Below, in pieces: positions 10,242 to 19,703 of a stretch of 64,000 nt of DNA (position 1 is the stretch's first letter; each line of letters opens with the position of its first letter). Source of the DNA: Candidatus Kerfeldbacteria bacterium (GTDB lineage Bacteria > Patescibacteriota > Patescibacteriia > UBA10025 > JAHIVO01); NCBI GenBank assembly GCA_047946875.1, contig CP181398.1, positions 143,154 through 207,153 of the forward strand. Direction: 5' to 3'. A model generated the notes under the pieces. It did no database searches and had not been told where the DNA came from. It saw only the letters and a program-made list of their open reading frames with translations. Position numbers and translations under genes: made by a program.

Positions 10242-10274
10242 CTAACTTCTTTAGATTCGTTAGGAGGCTTACTC

Positions 10275-10342
10275 TTGTCATTGCGAGCAAAGCGAAGCAA
10301 TCTCATGAGATCACTTCGTCATTTTATTCCTCGTGATGACAA
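10275..10342. repeat. TGTCA...TGACA double-hairpin element
   Basis: TTGTCATTGCGAGCAAAGCGAAGCAATCTCATGAGATCACTTCG...CTCGTGATGACAA. Confidence 0.85.
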
Positions 10343-10359
10343 ATTAGAAAATAATATCT

Positions 10360-10815
10360 ATGAATTACCAAAGAATAATACAACAAATAGTTGAGCAGGC
10401 GAGAGAGTTGAAAGATATTAGCACAACAGAGAATAAAGCACGTGTGAACTATGCTTGTATTTTTTCGCAATCTAAGAAGGAATATAAGGAGTTAGAAACA
10501 GACGTGGCGCAATACGGTAAGCTAATAAAAGAAACAAAGATGGGGAATGTGTATTTAGTAGAGCCGATACAGACATGGTCTGGATTAGTAAAGATAGTAA
10601 AAATAAGAAAACCAGATCCTGAGCGACCTGAGCGGGGAGACGCTGATTTCACAGTAAGGGATTATAAGGTGTTTAAAAAAGAATATTTAGATAAGCCTGG
10701 GTTTAGTTTGATAGAACGTCCTGATATGGAAATGATAGAATTAGCTGATCCAAATTTTAATGTCTTGGCTTATTTCTCTAACCCAACACTTGGAGAGGTA
10801 TTGGGTATTAATTAA
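10360..10815 (+). CDS. Hypothetical protein
   Basis: 151-aa ORF with typical coding composition. Confidence 0.75.
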   Translation: MNYQRIIQQIVEQARELKDISTTENKARVNYACIFSQSKKEYKELETDVAQYGKLIKETKMGNVYLVEPIQTWSGLVKIVKIRKPDPERPERGDADFTVRDYKVFKKEYLDKPGFSLIERPDMEMIELADPNFNVLAYFSNPTLGEVLGIN

Positions 10816-10852
10816 AAAAGGACCCAATAGTTGAATCCTTTACGTTAAATAT

Positions 10853-11071
10853 TTAGGCATAGTAGCACACAGTTGCCATCAGACTTATTCCGCAACAAAT
10901 TAGAGTGGCATTTCGATAGTACTTGCGAGTTCCTAGATCAATTGCCCAACGATGAAATTCATCGCAGATGCACAAGAAATAACAAATTGAGCTTACAAAA
11001 AGTACGGCAAGTCCTCCAAAAATGATAAGCGCCCATGCGGCTTCCCAAGCAGAATTGTATTCCACTATCAT
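10853..11071 (-). CDS. Small hypothetical membrane protein
   Basis: Two hydrophobic segments; AGGGG SD and TTGACA-17-TAAACT promoter upstream. Confidence 0.6.
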   Translation of the reverse strand: MIVEYNSAWEAAWALIIFGGLAVLFVSSICYFLCICDEFHRWAIDLGTRKYYRNATLICCGISLMATVCYYA

Positions 11072-11156
11072 AATATACCCCTTTATTAAATAGCAATTTT
11101 ATTATATTAAGTTTAGCTAGATAGGGTTGTTTTGTCAAAAAAAACCTGTAAAAAAA

Positions 11157-11269
11157 GTAGCGCACCCAGGGACGGATGCGCTCGGAGGATTTCATAACCA
11201 TAGAGAGCACACTTTCCGCCCATCTTCGCCTTTGACGAAACTAATGGCGGGCAGGTCTAGTGTGCGAAC
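11157..11269. repeat. GTAG-type REP pair (contains direct repeat copy 2) with nested GGCAGG-ended insertion
   Basis: GTAGCGCACCC..GGATGCGC...GCACACT[~40 bp ending GGCGGGCAGG]TCTAGTGTGCGAAC. Confidence 0.7.
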
Positions 11270-11283
11270 GAAATAGTATTTAT

Positions 11284-11338
11284 ATTGACATGGATGTCTA
11301 TTCATGATATTTTGGTATATAAATAAAAACATAAATTG
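11284..11338 (+). promoter_or_regulatory. Duplicated sigma70 promoter/leader, copy 1
   Basis: TTGACA-17-TATTTT; last 35 bp identical to 11628..11662. Confidence 0.75.
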
Positions 11339-11359
11339 AACTTAAAAAAAGGATAAAAA

Positions 11360-11515
11360 ATGGCAGTAGATGATAAAAATACCGAATGTCCTCATTGTAA
11401 TGGACGTACAACCTGTACTTGCTCAAGTTGCGGAGCTTATGTCACTGGCAGGGGTGGAAAGGAATGGAAAAAGGGTATTTGCAAGGTTTGTGGTGGCTCT
11501 GGTAAAGCCAGATAA
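11360..11515 (+). CDS. 51-aa Cys-rich zinc-finger microprotein (DnaJ-type CxxCxGxG), absent from the ORF track
   Basis: MAVDDKNTECPHCNGRTTCTCSSCG...CKVCGGSGKAR; AAGGA SD and own promoter. Confidence 0.8.
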   Translation: MAVDDKNTECPHCNGRTTCTCSSCGAYVTGRGGKEWKKGICKVCGGSGKAR

Positions 11516-11607
11516 TCCTGGTAAGTAGTTTCAAAAGCTATGATAGTAACTCCGTTGATTAATTTTAACGGGGTTTCATTTTTTGTAAAACAAAAAATTA
11601 CAAAAGG

Positions 11608-11662
11608 ATTGACATAGACGTTTATCTATGATATTTTGGTATATAAATAAAAACATAAATTG
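11608..11662 (+). promoter_or_regulatory. Duplicated sigma70 promoter/leader, copy 2
   Basis: TTGACA-17-TATTTT, paralogous to 11284..11338. Confidence 0.75.
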
Positions 11663-11686
11663 TACGTAAAAAAAAGGAGAAAAACG

Positions 11687-12034
11687 ATGTCAGATATGTC
11701 TTGTATGGTACCACGTGAAAAGGTTGCATTAAGAATTACAACAGGTAATGATAATGATCAAACCGTTTATGTATTCGGTCCCCCAGACAAAAATGAATTT
11801 AGAAAGGTTCAACGAAATGACGAAAAACCTTTCACAGCTAAGATAATGGGACCAGTTGTAGATGAGATTTTGGTTGATGATGTGGTAGTGGGCATATACA
11901 CACAATTAGCTAATAAGCAGGTCCTAGCGCATAAAAAAATGCTTGAAGTGGGCACTCCAATGGGACTTTGGACTGAACCTGATGCCAAAGAAACTCGAAT
12001 TTCAAGACCTATTATCAAGATAGAGATTATTTAA
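11687..12034 (+). CDS. Hypothetical protein
   Basis: AAGGAG SD before ATG 11687; terminator follows. Confidence 0.7.
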   Translation: MSDMSCMVPREKVALRITTGNDNDQTVYVFGPPDKNEFRKVQRNDEKPFTAKIMGPVVDEILVDDVVVGIYTQLANKQVLAHKKMLEVGTPMGLWTEPDAKETRISRPIIKIEII

Positions 12035-12045
12035 ATCTTTTATCT

Positions 12046-12076
12046 AAAACCTCCAATTTTTACTGGAGGTTTTTTT
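12046..12076 (+). terminator. Intrinsic terminator (partly duplicated at 14144..14169)
   Basis: AAAACCTCCA-loop-TGGAGGTTTTTTT. Confidence 0.8.
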
Positions 12077-12167
12077 ATATTTGAAAATAAGTATGTATAA
12101 ATTCTCTTGGTAATAAAAAAACACTTTAGAAAAACTAAAGTGTTTTTTATTGAAAAGTTTTTATAAT

Positions 12168-14015
12168 TTACTCCGCTATTTGAAGTAGGTCAGCGGTGGT
12201 AAATTTCTGCGATCCGCCGGTGTCTTTGTTAGTGATGGTGAGCGTGACATCTTCTTTTGTTCCGTCTGATGTTATCAGCTGCATGGTGTCAGTATCTAAG
12301 GAGTTATCACCGAGTGGGATTTTGACATGAATTTTATCTAAAGTAACTACCTTTGATGTGCCAAATGAAACGGTTGCCTCAGAGTCAATGTCAATATCGC
12401 CACCTACTAATGTTGAATCTTCTCTGGTATCTTTAAATAGAATTGTCGTGGTGGCAAACTCTGTCGTCGATGAGTATTCTTTACCGCTGATAGATATTGT
12501 GTATGTAGTATCAACTAATGATGTGTCAGTTGGTATTGTTCCTATTTGCTGTTTAATGCTTTCTATACTATAAGCTTCAGCTTTATTTTCTACTATAATA
12601 TCGATATATGAAGTTTGTTCACCGCGTGCACTGGAATACGGAGCAAGGCGATTTGTAATTTGTCGCTCATTCACAAGACCATAGCGGAAGTCTAGATTAT
12701 AGCCGCCACACATGACTGACGAATATGTCCCTTTGATATTATTTGATACATACGAACATCCATTAAAGTACCCAACATCTAACGCTTCTTTTACTTGGCC
12801 TTCAAGATCACCCCACCATAATTCCGCTACAACTACAGAACTTGCGCAGTTTGGAAAACCTGGACTATTGGATCCACTAGAGTCAATTCTTTCATCTCTG
12901 AGTAGGAAAGCTTGGTGGCCAAATTCATGATGGAAAACATGGCGAATACCGCGCACGGCCCCTTGTTCCATCTCAAGAAAATCAGTAGTCGCTATATATG
13001 AATCTCGATTGTAATGCGCATAACCGACAACCCCGTCGGGGAAGGTAGTGTTACATAGGAAAACAGGATAAACGATGCCATTACTGATACCACTCTTTTC
13101 AATCGCCCAATTGTAATGGTCAGCTCCAAATTCGCAACTTGTTAGGAGTTGCTCATTGAGGTACCAAAAATTATATTTATCTAAATTATCTTTAAGTACT
13201 TCCATTTCAGCGAATGGCTTTACCTCAGTTAGCCAGTTATATTCCGGATGGCCCGCTCCATAATATGTTAAGTTAAATGGTTCAACATTATACTGATCAT
13301 TTAAGTCGATTAACACTTTACTTTTGATTATTACCTCATTTATCGATGGCTGATCTGATCCGATAAATACGACATTTACACGATTTGCATTCTTATCATT
13401 ATGATTACTATACAACTCTTTTAATATAGGTATGCATGTACAACCATTACACTGCTCATCAAGTCCGCATCCACCATTATAATCGCATTCTTCCCCTAGT
13501 TCTGGTTGAATTTGCCCATCTCCACATGAATATTTACACGCACCATCATCACAGTACCAATAATTTCCATACCGCACCGAACAATCCGCTTCTGTAGAGC
13601 TAAATTCAGGCCCTAAAAGGGCTTCGGTTTCTTCATTAGCCTCTGTATCAATACTAGCACCACGGATGACAGGGGTATTGATTTCTGGGCTATTTGGGCA
13701 ATAATAATCAACTACATGATCGCTAGTTTCGCAGTTATCAGTGTATTTATTAATCTTTCCATAGCCATTATCAATTGTCACCCATCCATGCCTTTTAAAG
13801 GCATCTTTTCCGTCTGAATCACGGCATATTGGTGTACCACTTAAAATAGGATCAGTTTCTGAGTCCGGTCCAATTATTAATCCATACACAAGTCCACCTC
13901 CGGCGATAACGGCCGCGAGTATCATCGTAGTGAGCGCAATCATGACTGGTGTCTGGATTTTTGTTGAAGTGATTTGTTGGATTTGTTTGTTCATAGGTTT
14001 TTTCTTAGGAGGCAT
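12168..14015 (-). CDS. Membrane-anchored Cys-rich zinc metallopeptidase (M64-like)
   Basis: TM helix, C.DSDG and CGDG..Q..EECD repeats, HEFGH...LRDE zincin motif. Confidence 0.75.
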   Translation of the reverse strand: MPPKKKPMNKQIQQITSTKIQTPVMIALTTMILAAVIAGGGLVYGLIIGPDSETDPILSGTPICRDSDGKDAFKRHGWVTIDNGYGKINKYTDNCETSDHVVDYYCPNSPEINTPVIRGASIDTEANEETEALLGPEFSSTEADCSVRYGNYWYCDDGACKYSCGDGQIQPELGEECDYNGGCGLDEQCNGCTCIPILKELYSNHNDKNANRVNVVFIGSDQPSINEVIIKSKVLIDLNDQYNVEPFNLTYYGAGHPEYNWLTEVKPFAEMEVLKDNLDKYNFWYLNEQLLTSCEFGADHYNWAIEKSGISNGIVYPVFLCNTTFPDGVVGYAHYNRDSYIATTDFLEMEQGAVRGIRHVFHHEFGHQAFLLRDERIDSSGSNSPGFPNCASSVVVAELWWGDLEGQVKEALDVGYFNGCSYVSNNIKGTYSSVMCGGYNLDFRYGLVNERQITNRLAPYSSARGEQTSYIDIIVENKAEAYSIESIKQQIGTIPTDTSLVDTTYTISISGKEYSSTTEFATTTILFKDTREDSTLVGGDIDIDSEATVSFGTSKVVTLDKIHVKIPLGDNSLDTDTMQLITSDGTKEDVTLTITNKDTGGSQKFTTADLLQIAE

Positions 14016-14185
14016 ATTGCTATAATTTAATATAATATTTTATCACTTCATTATTATACGCTAATATTACGTTAAAATCAAAAAACCCAAATTTAAAGGC
14101 TTATCAAAAAGATATAGATTATTTAGAGAATTATTAAATCTCAAATTTTTACTGGAGGTTTTTTTATATGTTATAATAAGTATAT

Positions 14186-14734
14186 ATGAACTACGAAAGA
14201 ATAAACCAAGCTATTGAATACGCGTCTGAAATGCATCATGATTTACGTTATAAATATAACGATAATAAGTTTCAGGTTGCTCACATTTTTTTTGTTGGTG
14301 CTATTTTGATGAAACATGGTTTTGACGATGATGTTATTATCGCTGGTTTCTTGCATGATGCGATAGAGGATACAGATGTTACCAAAGAAGATATTGAGAA
14401 AAGGTTTGGTAAAAGAGTAGCAGACTTTGTAGAGGCAGAGACAGTGGATCAGACTATTGAATGGAAGAAGAGACAGTATCTTATGCAGGATAATGTACGT
14501 AATGCTTCTCTTGAAGTTAAAGCTATCAAAACCGCTGATCAATTACATCAATTAAACTTGTTTACTGACGATAGCCATCTTGCCAGTCAGAACAACTATA
14601 TCAACCAAAAAGGTGCTAAGAAAGCTTATTGGAAATATGAGCAGTTATTAGAGGCTATTGGGACTGGTTGGTCACATCCAATCCTTGATGATGCATATGT
14701 ATTACTCAAGAAGATGAAGAAAAAATATCTTTAA
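14186..14734 (+). CDS. HD-domain protein, SpoT/MESH1-like small alarmone hydrolase family
   Basis: AGFLHDAIEDT, FG.RVA.FV, IKTADQLH. Confidence 0.85.
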   Translation: MNYERINQAIEYASEMHHDLRYKYNDNKFQVAHIFFVGAILMKHGFDDDVIIAGFLHDAIEDTDVTKEDIEKRFGKRVADFVEAETVDQTIEWKKRQYLMQDNVRNASLEVKAIKTADQLHQLNLFTDDSHLASQNNYINQKGAKKAYWKYEQLLEAIGTGWSHPILDDAYVLLKKMKKKYL

Positions 14735-14738
14735 TAAT

Positions 14739-15238
14739 TTGTACTTTCTATAACCTGCCAAAGGTGGATAGGTGTTAAGTAACAAAGAGTTCTAAGAGTC
14801 TTCAAGACACTTTTTTTAATACCATAATTAGTATGGGATGGTTTAATAAATATCCTTGGACCTACATAATACTAAAAACTATATTTTGATAAATATTTTA
14901 GATAATAAATGATGTAAAAAAAATAACTGACTTCGTTTTTATACGAAGTCAGCTTATTACCCCACAATGGTTATATCGACAACAACCGTCTGTAATTGTC
15001 GATATCAAAAAAAATAATTCAAAGAACGTTTTTCCTTATACCAGGACAGGTAAAGGTTATCCGATTAGTTGGATGGGGTGGGTACGAATAATAATATTAT
15101 AACAAATAATTCATTAGGTCAAGGTTGGATTGTTTTCAAAAAAAAATGAGGCGCTCGTGAACATATTGCATATGTTCAGTCATGGCAGCCTCATTAAGTA
15201 AATGTTACTCTTTCAAGTTTTAGTTATAGAAAGTACAA
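14739..15238. repeat. 16-bp perfect inverted repeat pair enclosing a 500-bp non-coding structured region
   Basis: TTGTACTTTCTATAAC (14739..14754) and GTTATAGAAAGTACAA (15223..15238). Confidence 0.85.
14915..15088 (-). ncRNA. Candidate ~170-nt structured small RNA
   Basis: TTGACC/TAATAT promoter; closing stem TACCCAC/GTGGGTA; three internal hairpins; terminator CTGACTTCGT..ACGAAGTCAG plus T-run; no ORF. Confidence 0.45.
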
Positions 15239-15278
15239 CTCTTTTCTGATCGTCTAATCATCCTTTTATTTTTATGGT
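15139..15278 (-). ncRNA. Candidate ~140-nt small RNA (or 13-aa peptide transcript)
   Basis: TTGACT-18-TATAAT promoter (15314..15285); long terminal hairpin AATGAGGC...GCCTCATT plus T-run. Confidence 0.4.
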
Positions 15279-15348
15279 GTTTATATTATATCAATCATTT
15301 GGGTAGCTAGTCAATGAATTAATATCTAAAATATGCTAAAATATATGC

Positions 15349-16029
15349 ATGGAAAATGAACCAAAAAATATAGATATTAAAATGTTAGCGATAATATTTA
15401 CATTAGTATCAGTACTGATTATCAGCGGTATTTCTTTTTATTTGATATCAGAAAGCAAAGGCACGAAAATAACAATACCTGTTGTAAATTCAACGACAAA
15501 TACAAATACTAATACTAACATTATAAATGTGAATCAAGATTTAAATACTAATTATTTTCCGTATATTGCGCCAAGTACTGCAATGTATGATCTTTATCTT
15601 TGTCCTGGAGTGACTATTTCGAACCCTTCAGCTACAGATTGCTTTTATACTACAAACTTGATAAGTGATGATAGTACGATAAATATTCATGGAAGCTATA
15701 TAAATAACGTAGGAGTAGATTGGCAAAGTTTATTTGTAGTAGTGAAAGATTGTCCCACTTGCGATGTTCCTAGATATTTAGATTTTGATACTGCTACACG
15801 GAGTATGACTGCATGTTCGATATCTGGGCAAATTGATCCAAATAATTTTGGTGTTTTTAATCAATTTATTTATCCTTCCACAGATGATTGGTCAGAAGAA
15901 ATATTAAGCGCTAAGGATCATGTTAGAATAGAAATTGATAAATATTTTAAAGAGGGGAATGATATTTATATGATACAAGCATCACCAGCCGGCTGTGATC
16001 TGCTAGTAACAAATTTCCAGGTATTATAA
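15349..16029 (+). CDS. Hypothetical membrane-anchored protein with Thr/Asn stalk
   Basis: TM helix, TNTNTN linker, 6 Cys. Confidence 0.75.
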   Translation: MENEPKNIDIKMLAIIFTLVSVLIISGISFYLISESKGTKITIPVVNSTTNTNTNTNIINVNQDLNTNYFPYIAPSTAMYDLYLCPGVTISNPSATDCFYTTNLISDDSTINIHGSYINNVGVDWQSLFVVVKDCPTCDVPRYLDFDTATRSMTACSISGQIDPNNFGVFNQFIYPSTDDWSEEILSAKDHVRIEIDKYFKEGNDIYMIQASPAGCDLLVTNFQVL

Positions 16030-16043
16030 ATTTAAGGTAATAT

Positions 16044-16069
16044 AAAAACCCGCCAGATGGCGGGTCTTT
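16044..16069. terminator. Bidirectional terminator
   Basis: AAAACCCGCCAGATGGCGGGTCTTT between convergent genes. Confidence 0.75.
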
Positions 16070-16090
16070 ACGCTATAAATTTAAAAAAAT

Positions 16091-16288
16091 TTACGCTTTG
16101 CTGACTTTTGTAGCTGCAGGACCTTTTGGAGTATCTGAGATCTCGAAAGTAACAGCGTCACCTTCTTGAAGTTCATTATACTCGACTCCTTCCAACTCAT
16201 TTGAGTGGAAAAATAAGTCTTTGTCTTGGTCTTCAGCTGTAATAAAGCCAAAGCCTTTGTCAGTCAATTTTTTTATTGTTCCTTGCAT
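16091..16288 (-). CDS. cspA: Cold-shock protein (CspA family)
   Basis: KGFGFI, DLFFH RNP motifs, KGPAA; long 5' leader. Confidence 0.93.
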   Translation of the reverse strand: MQGTIKKLTDKGFGFITAEDQDKDLFFHSNELEGVEYNELQEGDAVTFEISDTPKGPAATKVSKA

Positions 16289-16573
16289 GTTTGTGTAGAA
16301 ATAAAAATTGAATTAAATAGTTATAGTAGCTTTTGAAATTCGACTTATATTTCTATACTAACTATACTCTAAACGCACTTTTCAATAGATCTAAAATCAA
16401 ACTATCGATTAGATTGTTCACCATTATACTAGCAAATAAAGGAATATTTGTCAATGGTAGTGATTAGTCCAATAAAAAAAGACCTAATTATTACTAGGTC
16501 TTAGGTATTAGATAGTATCAATAAATAGCGAAATATGCTAAAATACTGACATAATTAATTAAAAGTTAACAAT

Positions 16574-16885
16574 ATGAATGGACAACCAGCCGGCCAACAG
16601 GGTCAACAAATTAATATAAAAATAGATGATGCTACTCTAAAAGGAGTGCATGCTAATGCAATGGGAATTTCTCATGCTAAAGAAGAGTTTGTATTAGATT
16701 TCATGAATATCTATCCTTGGCAAAAAGTAGGTGTTGTGACCGCAAGAGTTATCACGGGACCAGGTCATATGAAAAGAATTTATAAAGCGTTGGAAGAAAA
16801 TATAAAAAAATATGAGGAAAAGTTTGGCAAGATAGAAGAAGCACAGTCTCCACAAGATGGGGAGATAGGTTTTAAAACTGCATAA
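16574..16885 (+). CDS. DUF3467-family protein
   Basis: G.HAN...ISH..EEFVLDF...ARVI..P.HMKR...AL..NI.KYE.KFG.I. Confidence 0.85.
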   Translation: MNGQPAGQQGQQINIKIDDATLKGVHANAMGISHAKEEFVLDFMNIYPWQKVGVVTARVITGPGHMKRIYKALEENIKKYEEKFGKIEEAQSPQDGEIGFKTA

Positions 16886-16937
16886 AAAAAGCCCGCACAT
16901 TAAATCGTGAGGGCTATTAAACTTTTTGGTGGTTTGT

Positions 16938-17330
16938 TTACTCGGGTACGATTTCGAAAAACTTTTTCAAATAATTCATTGAATGAGTAAAGAAGTTGGC
17001 AACATTACATTCGTAGATAATAAAGTCACCTTCTTTGTCTGCGATGCTAACGTAGTAAGTTGACCCTTTTCGGAATACCGTTTCATCACCTTGTTCAATG
17101 TTCTCTTTGCATTTGACAAGGATAACTTTAATGAAGAAGTTTTTGGATTCATCTTCTGAGAATGATACGATACCGCCACCACCCTTGTAGATATAAACAA
17201 AAGTGTCACTATTCTCAGTATCCAACTGTCGGATAAAGTAAATTTTTCCAGAGACGAATTCATAACCATCTTTGACCACCGTTTTGGTGCATTTCAGTTT
17301 TAAAGAGCTTTGGATTTTCTGCACATCCAT
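16938..17330 (-). CDS. Hypothetical protein with two internal beta-rich repeats
   Basis: KC.K......F..GK.Y pattern twice; GAGGTG SD and own promoter. Confidence 0.65.
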   Translation of the reverse strand: MDVQKIQSSLKLKCTKTVVKDGYEFVSGKIYFIRQLDTENSDTFVYIYKGGGGIVSFSEDESKNFFIKVILVKCKENIEQGDETVFRKGSTYYVSIADKEGDFIIYECNVANFFTHSMNYLKKFFEIVPE

Positions 17331-17493
17331 CTTTCACCTCACTATTGTTATATTTTTTAATATTAACCGTATTAAACTTATCAATCGAAAAAACGATTGT
17401 CAATGATAATAAAAGAATTATAATTGCTTAATTAATATGGTAATTTAGCAGAATTATTGTATAATGTCAAGTACTAGTAACCAACTTAATTAT

Positions 17494-18564
17494 ATGAGAG
17501 TAGAGAATAAAGAAGAAGAAAAAAAGATAGATAAATTTATACCCCCACAACCAATTGGTAAAGTTGCTACTTTGATTGGTCTAGTGGTAGCTAGTACAGC
17601 TCTTTTTTGGTTAGCATGGCATAACGCTATTACATCTGGTTTAAGTTTTGCCTTTAGTTGGGAAAATATATTATTGGTTCTTTCTACATTATTGGCAATG
17701 TGTTTAATGTTTACGATATTGGCAATGGCTGAAGTATTAGTAACGAAGAGAATACCTTTATTATTAATGGCAATTTTTTCTTCTGCTACTATGTTTCTTT
17801 TTTTCAAACCGTCTTTTTGGAGTATGGTAGGATTTTTATTAATGCTATTAGCATTCTTGGCATGGAGAAGAGAGATTAGACAAGATGAAAAAACTAGGGT
17901 AAAATTTGTACCACAAAAAATAATCGATAGTGGATTAAAGATGGCGGTCAGTTTGATATTATTAGCAGCTTGTTTCAATTTTTTTAGCTTCATGACAACA
18001 AGACCTAATGCAGAAATTGAAACTATGAATAGTTTGGTAAGTAATAGCACGGAGACTGTAGAAAGTGGCTTATTATTATATTATGGTGATAGGTATGACC
18101 CAGATATGGAGCTAGATACATTTATCAATAATATTAGTTCTTCAGTTGGTGATGCGATAATAGATGATAAGGTTAAGGTTGATACAGGCAATGAAGAGTT
18201 GGACAATGCTTTAGGTGATGCAATTACAGATAGTCTTGGAGTTGTACAACAGGAAGTAGTCGAAGAACTTAGGAATAGTTTTTTAGCAACGTTTAATATA
18301 GAAGCAACAGGTGATGAGAGTATGAATAGTATTATTGAAAAAATTGTACATGCAAATATTACAGAATTTGTTGATCCATATCTTGAGTTTGTACCGGCAT
18401 TATTAGCAGTCGGTTTGTTCTTTCTTCTTAATATATTTAATTTTATTTATAGAGAGTTAATTAAATGGTTTAGTTATCTATTGTTTCATATCTTTATTTG
18501 GATTAAGTTTATCCATATAAAGAAGATACAAATAGAAGCAGAAAAAATAGCATTATCTGAATAG
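17494..18564 (+). CDS. Hypothetical multi-pass membrane protein
   Basis: About 6-7 TM segments around an acidic soluble domain; alternative start 17464. Confidence 0.8.
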   Translation: MRVENKEEEKKIDKFIPPQPIGKVATLIGLVVASTALFWLAWHNAITSGLSFAFSWENILLVLSTLLAMCLMFTILAMAEVLVTKRIPLLLMAIFSSATMFLFFKPSFWSMVGFLLMLLAFLAWRREIRQDEKTRVKFVPQKIIDSGLKMAVSLILLAACFNFFSFMTTRPNAEIETMNSLVSNSTETVESGLLLYYGDRYDPDMELDTFINNISSSVGDAIIDDKVKVDTGNEELDNALGDAITDSLGVVQQEVVEELRNSFLATFNIEATGDESMNSIIEKIVHANITEFVDPYLEFVPALLAVGLFFLLNIFNFIYRELIKWFSYLLFHIFIWIKFIHIKKIQIEAEKIALSE

Positions 18565-18572
18565 TATACATT

Positions 18573-19703
18573 ATGGCAAATAAAGATTTATATGAAATTC
18601 TTGGAGTGGCTAAAGAAGCTAGTCAAGATGAAATAAAAAAAGCTTATAGAAAACTTGCTCATCAACATCATCCAGATAAATCTGGAGGTGATGAAGCTAA
18701 ATTTAAAGAGATTAATTCAGCTTATCAAGTGCTTAGTAATGAGCAGAAGCGCCAACAATATGATCAGTTTGGTCAGAATTTTAATCAAGCTGGTGGTGGG
18801 CAAGGAGGCCAAGGTGGTTTTGGTGGTGGGATGAATTGGGATGATTTCGCTCGTGCGTCTGGTGGTCAGCAGGGACCGTTTGGTCAAGGTGGTCAGGGAG
18901 CTGAGTATGATATGGGAGATATATTCGGAGATATTTTTGGTTTTGGTAAACGTGGTGGAGCAAGCTCTGGTGCCTCAGCACAAGGTGGTGATATACAGGC
19001 TGAAATGCAAATTGAATTCAAAGAAGCTGCTTTCGGAGCAGAAAAGGTAATAGATTTATATAAGCATGCCACTTGTTCACATTGTAAGGGGAATGGAGCA
19101 GAGCCAGGTTCAAAAATTGATACTTGTAAAAATTGCAATGGGCAGGGTAAGGTAGAGAGAGTGCAGCAAACTGTTTTAGGTGCATTTCGTACGGCAACTG
19201 TGTGTCCTGAATGTCGTGGTGAAGGTAAAAAATATGACAAGAAATGTAAAGAGTGTAGCGGTGACGGAAGAGTAAAAGAATCTGAAAAAATCAAAGTAAA
19301 AATTCCAGCTGGGATAGCAGAAGGTGAGACGATACGATTATCTGGAAAAGGGGAAGTAGGTCTAAAAGGAGCACCAGCGGGTGATCTTTATGTTACGATG
19401 AGAGTAGTTAATGATCCAAACTTTAATAGAGAGGGTGATGACATTTTGTCAGAAGTTAATATCAGTATTTCCCAAGCTACTTTAGGAGATAAAATAAATA
19501 TAATGACTTTGGATGGCGAAGTGACTTTAAAAGTTCCATCTGGTACTCAATCAGGTAAAGTGTTTAGTCTTAAAGGAAAAGGGACTCATCATCTACGTAT
19601 ACGTGGACGTGGCGATCATTTAGTAACAGTGAATATTCAAATACCTACAAAATTAAGTAGAGACCAAAAGAAGTTATTTGAACAATTATCCAAGTTAGAT
19701 TAA
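18573..19703 (+). CDS. dnaJ: Chaperone DnaJ
   Basis: HPD J-domain, G/F region, four CxxCxGxG repeats. Confidence 0.98.
   Translation: MANKDLYEILGVAKEASQDEIKKAYRKLAHQHHPDKSGGDEAKFKEINSAYQVLSNEQKRQQYDQFGQNFNQAGGGQGGQGGFGGGMNWDDFARASGGQQGPFGQGGQGAEYDMGDIFGDIFGFGKRGGASSGASAQGGDIQAEMQIEFKEAAFGAEKVIDLYKHATCSHCKGNGAEPGSKIDTCKNCNGQGKVERVQQTVLGAFRTATVCPECRGEGKKYDKKCKECSGDGRVKESEKIKVKIPAGIAEGETIRLSGKGEVGLKGAPAGDLYVTMRVVNDPNFNREGDDILSEVNISISQATLGDKINIMTLDGEVTLKVPSGTQSGKVFSLKGKGTHHLRIRGRGDHLVTVNIQIPTKLSRDQKKLFEQLSKLD

Noticed and set aside
14739-15238. Retron msr-msd or DGR template
   Set aside because: The inverted repeats are suggestive, but there is no reverse transcriptase in the window and no adenine-specific TR/VR pair was seen.
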